From positions 26,318 to 90,317 of the forward strand of contig JAWXUX010000007.1 in NCBI GenBank assembly GCA_044426045.1: a stretch of DNA of 64,000 nt, in the 5' to 3' direction. The translations under genes and the position numbers were made by a program. This document shows, piece after piece, positions 53,997 through 62,754 of the stretch. Each line of letters begins with the position of its first letter. The stretch's first letter is position 1. The DNA comes from Bacillota bacterium. GTDB lineage: Bacteria > Bacillota > Clostridia > Christensenellales > CAMQZB01. Below the pieces are notes generated by a model that was given only the letters and a program-made list of their open reading frames with translations, did not search any database and was not told where the DNA came from.

Positions 53997-54410
53997 TTAT
54001 TTTATTTTTGAAATTGCCTCATGAATAGCAAAGAACGCATCTTCATTATCCATTACCTTAGAGTCAATATTATGTGATACCGCCATAAATTTTCTGACAA
54101 TATCCCTGACAGCTTCATTGCTTTTTAAAAACTCAACCATATCTGGAGCAAGCTCTTCGCGCCCTATGCCAACTAATTCACACAAATACCATTCCATTTC
54201 GCCATCTAATTTTAATGCTTCAATAAACTTATTTAGCAAATCGCCCACTGGAGGGTTTCTCTTTCCCTTTTCAATGTCCGACAAATAAGAAGGCGCAATC
54301 CCAAGCTCACCTGCAAGCCCACGCAAACTCATCCCCAAACTAGCCCTGCGATCCTTAACAAACTCACCAAACTGCTGATTTTGCTCTTTTAAATCTTTTA
54401 TCCGTGTCAT
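53997..54410 (-). CDS. XRE-family transcriptional regulator
   Basis: SLGMSLRGLAGELGIAPSYLSDIEKGKRNPP. ATG at 54410 preceded by GGAGG; the tracked start 54422 is TTG. Confidence 0.8.
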   Translation of the reverse strand: MTRIKDLKEQNQQFGEFVKDRRASLGMSLRGLAGELGIAPSYLSDIEKGKRNPPVGDLLNKFIEALKLDGEMEWYLCELVGIGREELAPDMVEFLKSNEAVRDIVRKFMAVSHNIDSKVMDNEDAFFAIHEAISKIK

Positions 54411-54441
54411 ATTAGCCTCCAAAATTCATATGTTCGCTAAC

Positions 54442-54470
54442 ATGATAACACAACACTTTGTATTTGTCAA
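54442..54470 (-). promoter_or_regulatory. candidate promoter of the XRE gene
   Basis: Minus strand TTGACA (54465-54470), 17 nt, TATCAT (54442-54447). Confidence 0.5.
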
Positions 54471-54610
54471 TAGTTTTAGAAAAATTTTTTATTGAATATT
54501 ATTTTATTATCTTAATATTAGCATATAGGCATAAAGCACATACTGTTCTTTATATAATTACATCAAATTGCAATGCATACCACGCTTTTTATACAAGGGA
54601 TATATATTAT

Positions 54611-54640
54611 TTAGTGTATATATGTAAATATATACACTAA
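54611..54640. promoter_or_regulatory. perfect 13-bp inverted repeat (candidate operator or hairpin)
   Basis: TTAGTGTATATAT-GTAA-ATATATACACTAA. Confidence 0.5.
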
Positions 54641-55035
54641 AAACACTATGGTTTTGGTTACTTATATCTTTATCTTTCTATAATAGCAATCACTATTTAA
54701 CCCAATGCACATACCTATCTATCAAGTTACGCAATAATATTCATACGCCTACGAAATGCAATAAACACATTCCCTTGCATTTATCTTATCCTCTATTTTT
54801 GATTGTTTATTTTATTCCACACACTATTTCATTAAACAAACTATAAATAGCAAAAAAATTTTATTCGATTTAGTTTCGTATTTTCTATTTATTGTATAAA
54901 TATCAAAATGTTTTGTAAATTTGATTCTAAACCATCTTCACCTTGACTATTTCCCTCGTAAATACAATCTTAGAAATCGGTTATTGCAATTCTGTTTATC
55001 TCATTGATTCCTTTTAATAAAATAAGCAGTGCTAC

Positions 55036-55064
55036 TTGACTTTATAATTTATACCTGATATAAT
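55036..55064 (+). promoter_or_regulatory. candidate sigma-70 promoter of the plus-strand two-gene unit
   Basis: TTGACT (55036-55041), 17 nt, TATAAT (55059-55064). About 78 nt upstream of the start. Confidence 0.55.
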
Positions 55065-55141
55065 AAAGTAGCAATAAAGTAATCGCATTTCTTATCATCA
55101 ATATCAGCAGTATATATATTATATACAATAAGGAGTTTCAA

Positions 55142-55663
55142 TTGAAAACACTTCAAGAACTTTATCTTTACAATGATAAAGTATCTGCTTTTATACATTT
55201 TATAGCGTACGCAATATCTTGGATATTGGGAATAGTTATCTTTCATATAAAAGCTGAATATAATTTTGCTGGATCATACTTAATTTTTGCCCTTTCTCTC
55301 TTAACCGAATTCATACCACAATTATCTAATATAAAGGGTAAAATTGCTAGTCTAATTCACATGCTTTTTTGTCTCATTATAGCATTCATTCTAGTCTTCT
55401 CTATATTACTATTGAGTGATTTATTAACCGAACATTTACTAATTACTTTATATCACTATTTATTTATCGCATCAATAATAGTTATCACTTATATATTATT
55501 AAATTTGATTTTGATTACAGTATTCCCTCCAATTGACAAAAATATTACAAAACATTACCCAAGTAAAGATTCTCAATATTATTCAATGGTCGAGGAAGCA
55601 TTTGTCAAAAACTTACACAATGGCCATTTAGGCAATGTAATTGGAGGTAATAAGGATGAATAA
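55142..55663 (+). CDS. integral membrane protein, unknown function
   Basis: TTG start with AAGGAG 6 nt upstream. Four to five TM helices. Overlaps the ParA-like gene by 8 nt. Confidence 0.6.
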   Translation: MKTLQELYLYNDKVSAFIHFIAYAISWILGIVIFHIKAEYNFAGSYLIFALSLLTEFIPQLSNIKGKIASLIHMLFCLIIAFILVFSILLLSDLLTEHLLITLYHYLFIASIIVITYILLNLILITVFPPIDKNITKHYPSKDSQYYSMVEEAFVKNLHNGHLGNVIGGNKDE

Positions 55664-56801
55664 TACCGTAGCTTTCTTAAGCGGAAAAGGTGGTAGCGGA
55701 AAGACCACAATAGCCCTAAGTGTTTCATCAATGCTATCTAAATGCAACATAAAAATATTGCTGTTAGATTGTGACTTAAACACGAATGGAGCAACTTATT
55801 TCTACGAAGAAAAACTTTCGCAATCGAAAAACATACTGTCATTTCAGGATCTCATCTGCGACGATATTGATATTGACACTATTACACAAATAAATAGTAA
55901 TATGTTTTTTATTCCATCTATGACTAAATTCTCAGAAAAAAACACACTTCCTTCGTTATTTGATAGCCATGCAAAATTAAATTTCAATAGAAACATGCAA
56001 AAATTATTATCTAATTATGATGTTATACTATATGATTGTCAAGCTGGATACTCAGAAGTTTTAGAACTTGTTTTGCCTTTAGTTGATACAAATTTGATAG
56101 TAATGGAATCCGATGCTATTAGTGCATCATCATTAAGAAACTTATATTTAAAAATTGGACATTTATTGAATGACAATCATACTTATCAAATATTCAACAA
56201 AGTATCAAGTGATGAGTATAAAATATACTCAAAATTATCCAAAGAAACTTTCTTCCCTAATATTGAAACTGTTCTTTTTAATTGGGAAATCAGGAAAGCA
56301 TTTGCATTAGCAAACGTTCCAAACATTGACCATTTAACAGCAAGTTATGGTAGCCAAATCAACAATATATGTATGATTTTATTTAAAAATAATCTTCACA
56401 AAAAGCTTGAAAGTTACAAACAAATACTTTTTAAACTGAATATTAACGAAGAACTAGACTCACTAAAAAAAGAGCACCTAGAACTTCTCAAGTCTACAAG
56501 ATTGCAAAATCCTAAAAAAATAAATATCTATTTAGGCACAACTTTAACATGCACTATCTTGATTCTATATAGCCTTATTTTTCAAATATACGATATCTAT
56601 TACCGATTTGAGAATTTACTATCACTTACAATATCAGCATTATTTCTAACCATACTAGTAATAAGTATATTGTTGCCATCACTTAACAAATCCAAAGAGT
56701 TATCGCTTAAACGAAAAAATATAGATAATTTAGAAAAACAATTAGTTGACTTAGAAAACCGGCACGAATCCTTATCTCTTGACATAATAAAACTTGATTA
56801 A
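55656..56801 (+). CDS. ParA/MinD-family P-loop ATPase with C-terminal TM helices and a coiled coil
   Basis: Deviant Walker A SGKGGSGKTT, then LLLDCDL and VILYDCQAG. Two hydrophobic helices near the C-terminus. ATG preceded by GGAGG. Confidence 0.8.
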   Translation: MNNTVAFLSGKGGSGKTTIALSVSSMLSKCNIKILLLDCDLNTNGATYFYEEKLSQSKNILSFQDLICDDIDIDTITQINSNMFFIPSMTKFSEKNTLPSLFDSHAKLNFNRNMQKLLSNYDVILYDCQAGYSEVLELVLPLVDTNLIVMESDAISASSLRNLYLKIGHLLNDNHTYQIFNKVSSDEYKIYSKLSKETFFPNIETVLFNWEIRKAFALANVPNIDHLTASYGSQINNICMILFKNNLHKKLESYKQILFKLNINEELDSLKKEHLELLKSTRLQNPKKINIYLGTTLTCTILILYSLIFQIYDIYYRFENLLSLTISALFLTILVISILLPSLNKSKELSLKRKNIDNLEKQLVDLENRHESLSLDIIKLD

Positions 56802-57282
56802 TGATATATCCATATATTATTAAGTGCTATTCACTCTCGCCATAAACATACAACATAAAATTAATATATAGCAAAATTATTACTATAAAAATTGAACTTC
56901 AATCTTGTCAATAAGCCACTAGCCAAACTGGCAACTTGACCGTAAGTATCAATTTACCCACCCCTTGACAAATAAAAAACTCACACCGCATGCTTTATGT
57001 TGGCAGATGGTGTGAGTTAGATAGTTTTTTATAGTTAGATTTTAATTTTTTAATTAATTGGGCGTCGGTCATTAAATCGCCTTCATCGTGGAGGTCGGAT
57101 AAATAGTATGCGTAGTCTTCTGCTAGACCGATGTTTTAAACTACACTAACCCGCTATATTACATCATTTGCATTTTTCCATAATATTGCTTCTTTAATTT
57201 ATTTACTAAATGGAGACTATAAAACAAAAGTATAGCTATGTCTTAAAAATTTTCATTTTATCCTAAATATTTTGTAGCACCA

Positions 57283-58653
57283 TTAATATATTTCATCGCC
57301 TTTTTTCCACACTGATTCAATATAAGATTTTAATTTCTCATAATAAATATTATTATTTAGGTACACATTCTCATCTTTCCACCAATTGAAATTGCTATGA
57401 TATAAATGTGTATTTTTAAAATTTTCTATAACCAATTTTCCTTTATCTAAGCCATACTCCTCTGGATTTTTAAAAATTTTAGACCCTGGCAATGGAGTGA
57501 ATCTCAGCAATGAAACGCTGTCAATGCAACCTTTCATTTCTCTTAAAAAATTTAACGTATCCTTATTTGTTTGCTCGCTTTCAAAAGGAAACCCGCTAAC
57601 GATAAAACATTTTACATATATTGATTTTTGATGCGTATTTTTTATAGCTATTCTAGCGTCATTAACAACACATGTCTTATCCATCTTATCCAAAATCAAA
57701 TCGCTACCAGTTTCAACACCAAATTTTATTTCCACACATCCTGCAGAATATAACACATCTAAAATATCGTCATCCCCTGCAATTTGATCAACTCTTGCCG
57801 CTAAAGACCATTTCAAATTTAATTCTGCGATTTTATCGCAAATCTTTCTTGCTTTAATTTTATTTGTAAGGAAGCAATCATCAATTATTGCAAAGCCACC
57901 GATCTCATATTTCTCCTTTAGATGCTTTAACTCAGCATAAATATTTTCAGGCGACCGATATCTCGTCGGCGAATTATTTCCATCTTTAGACGCACCGCAA
58001 TACTTGCAGCCTTGCGAACACCCCCGACTAAACAGCATATGCACCATTTTGATACCGTGATTATTTGCAACCCTACCCGCCATGACAACATCATTAATGT
58101 TTAACAATTCTCTTGCAGGAAACTCCAAGCTATTCAAATCAACTATATCTTTACGCTTTATTAATTTAGAAATTTCACCACTTACAGCATCTTTAACATA
58201 AGTACCATTAACGTAGTATTGTCCATTTCTTACCTCTTCAAAACGAGCCAAGAACTCCGCCATACTATTTTCGCCTTCTCCTGCAAATATCAAATTTACA
58301 CTTAATTGCTCAAATACCTCTTTATAATGTTTTTCAGCATGATATCCTCCGGCCACATAATAAGCATTACTATTAAATTCAGATTTTTCTGTAAAAGCAG
58401 CAAATATTGAGTGCGAATATGCCGAAACCATACTTATGGCTACAAGATCATAGATTTTTAGATCTAACGCATAATTTTCCTCATCGATACTTATCAAATC
58501 TATATCCCAACCCGCATGCTTAATTATAGGCGCCAAATATAGCACCCCAAAAGGCGGGAATTCTTTTCTTTTTTTCTTAAAATGAGCTACTTCATATGAA
58601 GACACATACACTAACGCACATCTTTTCTTTATATTAGATATTTCTTCTATCAT
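57283..58653 (-). CDS. B12-binding-domain radical SAM protein
   Basis: FPPFGVLYLA B12-domain signature and the CxxxCxxC cluster SRGCSQGCKYCG. Paralogous to the C-terminal half of the 60188..62754 gene. Confidence 0.85.
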   Translation of the reverse strand: MIEEISNIKKRCALVYVSSYEVAHFKKKRKEFPPFGVLYLAPIIKHAGWDIDLISIDEENYALDLKIYDLVAISMVSAYSHSIFAAFTEKSEFNSNAYYVAGGYHAEKHYKEVFEQLSVNLIFAGEGENSMAEFLARFEEVRNGQYYVNGTYVKDAVSGEISKLIKRKDIVDLNSLEFPARELLNINDVVMAGRVANNHGIKMVHMLFSRGCSQGCKYCGASKDGNNSPTRYRSPENIYAELKHLKEKYEIGGFAIIDDCFLTNKIKARKICDKIAELNLKWSLAARVDQIAGDDDILDVLYSAGCVEIKFGVETGSDLILDKMDKTCVVNDARIAIKNTHQKSIYVKCFIVSGFPFESEQTNKDTLNFLREMKGCIDSVSLLRFTPLPGSKIFKNPEEYGLDKGKLVIENFKNTHLYHSNFNWWKDENVYLNNNIYYEKLKSYIESVWKKGDEIY

Positions 58654-58735
58654 TTTGGCTATAAGTGCTTAACTAAAACACAACTCCTTCTTCGCAAAGC
58701 TGTTTTGCGAAATTTTCAATCAGCATAAAGATCTA

Positions 58736-59293
58736 TTATTGATTGATTTTTTTATACAATAAGTTTGAATATCCCTCATTGTTTTTATTTGCAGTATTCA
58801 ACTCTAGCTCTTCGACTACACCATATACCAGTCTATTCGACTCCTCTACAGAAAGGTCTTTTTTATCGCACTCTATTTCAATAAAATATCCGAGATTCTT
58901 AACCTTATCTAAAGCTATTTTACAACAATCTTTATATCTATACTCAATCCTTTTCTTTTCAACACAGAGAATACGCTCTATATCAAGATAAGCTAATAGC
59001 TTTTCCATTTTAGTAATACTACCAATTACAACACTCACTTCATCCATGAATGTTTCTTCATCATTTTTTCCAAAATGAATCTGCTTATAATCCAGTGTTG
59101 CCCAACTATCCGCCTGTCTAATTCTTAGGCATTTATCCATATCTACAAAAAAATCACAATGCTTTGGCGAGTAGTAAATGTCTTTTTGAGTACTTTCATG
59201 AATAATCTCACATTCCAATCGCAATTTATCGCAAAGCTCAGTGTATTTTTGCAAAGAAACTTCTAATTTGATTTCAACTTCTATATTTTCCAT
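58736..59293 (-). CDS. CYTH-domain protein (triphosphate tunnel metalloenzyme / class IV adenylate cyclase-like)
   Basis: N-terminal EVEIKLEV (ExExK) signature, ~185 aa; GAGGG RBS. Confidence 0.7.
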   Translation of the reverse strand: MENIEVEIKLEVSLQKYTELCDKLRLECEIIHESTQKDIYYSPKHCDFFVDMDKCLRIRQADSWATLDYKQIHFGKNDEETFMDEVSVVIGSITKMEKLLAYLDIERILCVEKKRIEYRYKDCCKIALDKVKNLGYFIEIECDKKDLSVEESNRLVYGVVEELELNTANKNNEGYSNLLYKKINQ

Positions 59294-59377
59294 AAAGTAC
59301 CCTCACTTATTTTTATGATTGAATTATATCACATTATTCATCAAATGCAAAACATTAATACCCATAATATATGCTAA

Positions 59378-60163
59378 CTACTTATTTCTTAATGAAATTA
59401 AATTTTCCATTATCCAAGTTGCTACACCATCTTCTTGATTAGAACCACAAATGTAGTTAGCTATATTTTTTATCTCAATTGTCGCATTTTTGACAGCAAC
59501 CCCAATAGAACAATTTTCTATCATATCTTTGTCGTTATTATCATCTCCAAAAGCCAAAACATTAATTCTTCCAAAACCATAATCTTTCAAAACTATATCT
59601 ATCGCATTCATTTTGTTAGATGTTTTTGACATAATTTGCACAAGATTATTATTACATTTATTAATAGTAATCATAGAATTATATTGACACAGTGTATTAA
59701 TGTCAAATTTTTCATTTATTTCAATAGTAATTTTCATTATTTTATTTAAATAAATACTATTTTCATACAGTATTGCATTCCAAATCGCATCTGCCATAAA
59801 TGGGGAATTTTCACTGCAATATAAATTTTCTCCTGTTTCAATATCAAAATACTTAATCCCGTCACACTGCAAGAAATTTATTATATCAATACCAATGTTT
59901 GGGTCAATATAGCTATTTTTAATAATTTTTCCATTAGAATATACAGTTGCTCCATTATTTGCAATAATACCATCTACATCAAGGCATGTTTTTTCTAACA
60001 TATTAAAAACCACCCTTAATGGTCTAGCTGTAGCAAGAAATACGACTATCCCCAATTCTCTACACTTATTGATAACCTGAATTGAATATTTTGATATGCT
60101 TTTATCATCATGCAACAAAGATCCATCCAAATCTATCGCCAATAACTTTATATCATGACACAT
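59378..60163 (-). CDS. Cof-type HAD-IIB family phosphatase
   Basis: Motif I LAIDLDGSLL, motif IV AFGDDNNDKDM; AGGAG RBS. Confidence 0.85.
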   Translation of the reverse strand: MCHDIKLLAIDLDGSLLHDDKSISKYSIQVINKCRELGIVVFLATARPLRVVFNMLEKTCLDVDGIIANNGATVYSNGKIIKNSYIDPNIGIDIINFLQCDGIKYFDIETGENLYCSENSPFMADAIWNAILYENSIYLNKIMKITIEINEKFDINTLCQYNSMITINKCNNNLVQIMSKTSNKMNAIDIVLKDYGFGRINVLAFGDDNNDKDMIENCSIGVAVKNATIEIKNIANYICGSNQEDGVATWIMENLISLRNK

Positions 60164-60187
60164 TAAATCTCCTAAGAAAACAACAGA

Positions 60188-62754
60188 TCAATAAATTACT
60201 TTATCATTTTTCCATATCCTTTCAATGTATTGTTCTAACACTTTATAATACGTATTTTTCTTTTTGAATTCTGTCTCATCTTTCCACCAATTAAAATTCC
60301 CATGGTATAAATGTAAGTTATCAAAATTTTCTAAAATTAATTTCTCTTTATCAATGCCATATTTCTCTGGGTTAGAAAAATTGGTGAACCTGGCAATGGC
60401 GTAAATCGCAACAATGATACACTATCAATTTTTTTATGTAATTTCTTTAAAAATAACAGCGTTTCCTTCGTCGTAACTGCTGTTTCTCCTGGGAACCCAC
60501 TAACGATAAAACATTTAACGTAAAAGCCTTGTTCATGCGCTAAATTTATTGCATTTTCAGCGCACATTGAGCTACACCCCTTATTCATATAATTCAATAT
60601 TATATTACTTCCAGATTCAATTCCAAATTTTATTTCTACACAACCCGCATCTTTCAAAGAACCCAAAATATCCAAATCAATTTGGTCGGCTCTAGCAGCA
60701 AGTGACCATTTTAAATTTAGTGAAGCATTTTCAATTGCTTTACAAATTTTAATGGCAGCGTTCTTATCGGTTAAAAAACAATCATCAATTATAGCAAATC
60801 CATCTATTTTATAGGTTTTCTTTAACAAAATTAATTCTTCTACAATATTGTCTGGCGACCTATATCTAACAGGGCTATTTTTCCCATCTTTCGTCGCACC
60901 GCAATACAGACACATCTTTGAACAGCCTCGACTAAATAGAACATGTACTATTCTAACATTGCTATCATTTCTTAATCTTCCCGTCATTACAATGTCACTT
61001 TCCGGCAAAAGGTCTCGAGCAGGAAACGGTATGCTATTTAATTTGACGGTATCCTTGCTCTCTTTAAATTTGTATAATGACATTTTTAAAGGACTCGCTC
61101 CTTCACTTTTAGATTGCGATTCTTTATCTATCATAAATGTGCCATTAATATATGTTTTAGGACATCTAGCTCCAAAATATTTGTTTAAAAATTCAGTTAA
61201 CGCATTTTCTCCCTCTCCTGAAAATACTAGGTCTACATACATATCTCTCATCACATCTTGATAGTATTTTTCAGCATGATATCCTCCAGCAACCATATAA
61301 CGACCTCGTTTAAACTTGCTAGTATCTACAAATTTCTTAAAGATAGCATGCCCATATGAAGACACCATGCTCAAACCAACAACATCAGCATCGCTTAAAT
61401 CATGCGTGAAAGCGTTTTCGCTTATACTTTTGATTTCTACATCCCAACCAGCATCTCGAATTATACTTGCCAAATATAATATTCCAAATGGAGGAAACTC
61501 TTTTCTATATTCTTTGAAATGCGCCACTTCATATGATGATATGTATATTAAAACAAATTTATATTTTAACCTTATATTTAATTGGCTACTAAAATCTTTA
61601 TCGTCATCATTTACTGCATTCTTTTTATTCTCTTTAATACACTCTGCAACTTTATCATATATCCCGAGGCACCTTTCCACAATAATATTTGAAGATTCCA
61701 CATCTATTTTATCCCACTTCGAAGAAAAATAATCCTGATACACGGGCTTTACCACATCATTTTTGGCAGATTCTGAATACTTCCATCGTGATGAATCAAC
61801 CTGATATGTTATTATATTCTTACTCATTCTTCCTAATATTTTCGCGACATTGCACCCTATTTTATTTATCAATATTTTATCTTTGTTTTTATTAAGGTTA
61901 AGATAATATGTTGCTTTTTCACTGTCCGTTTCTACATATGTTAATGCTTTCATTGGTATGTTCGCTGAATATGTAATAAATCTAGCTCTAGTTCCAAAAT
62001 CTTCGCTATGTTCATTATAAAATTTAATTTCAACTCTCGGACACTCTCTTTTTATTTTTGCTATTCTCAACATTTGTTGAAGGTTTGTATCAAATAAATT
62101 TTCAAAAGTAGTTGTCTCAACTTCTATATTTAAATCATATTTACACAATATTTTTAATTTTAATTTTGTATTATTGCACAAATTTTTTAATTGGAGATAT
62201 TCATTGTTCTCATCCATGTCTTTTACTGGCTGCGACAAAATATATCTATTTCTATCATCTTTATCAAGATTTTTATTTTTTATATATGCAACTACCTTGC
62301 GTTTATTCTTTTTTTGTCCAAAACTTACTTGCCCCAAGAAATCCATATCCCCAGCAAGCATTTCTACAACCTCTTTATCTCCACCTTTATCCATTATATT
62401 AATAATTTTTTTTACCATCTTGTCTGGATTTAAAACATATTTTTCCCATTTGATGATATTTATTATAACAATAAATATAGAAACTATTAGACACTGTAAC
62501 ACTGAATCAATAGTTAAAAATGAAATACCCTCTATGCTTGGTAATATATCTCCTTCACTAGAGTCTTGCAGCTTACTGAATATTAATTGAAAGCTAGTAT
62601 TATCAGCAATATACGGAATAACTCTTTCAAAATAATTTGCAAAAAGTACAATAATAGCAATACCTATTAAAAATAACATCCTCGGTTTTTTCTCAGATAT
62701 TTGTGTTGCAAGAATTGTGCCAAGCAACATTGACGCTACAGCAGAATAATACAT
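60188..62754 (-). pseudogene. membrane-anchored unknown domain fused to a B12-binding radical SAM domain; -1 frameshift near the 3' end
   Basis: Tracked ORF is 60337..62766. ATG at 62754 (MYYSAV) is preceded by GGAGG. CxxxCxxC cluster SRGCSKMCLYCG. After the A5/T5 tract at 60376-60380 another frame continues NPEKYGIDKEKLILENF...NFNWWKDE... to TGA at 60188, matching the paralog's C-terminus. Confidence 0.75.

Noticed and set aside
39700-54410. Prophage interpretation of the island
   Set aside because: No capsid, portal, terminase, tail or lysis genes were seen. The only phage-like genes are regulatory (Bro-N, XRE) plus a serine recombinase.
56930-57140. Higher-GC stretch encoding ...NIGLAEDYAYYLSDLHDEGDLMTDAQLIKKLK... 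on the minus strand
   Set aside because: The frame opens right after a TAA and has no start until a late Met (25 codons). It is most likely a remnant of a disrupted gene, not a functional CDS or a RiPP precursor.
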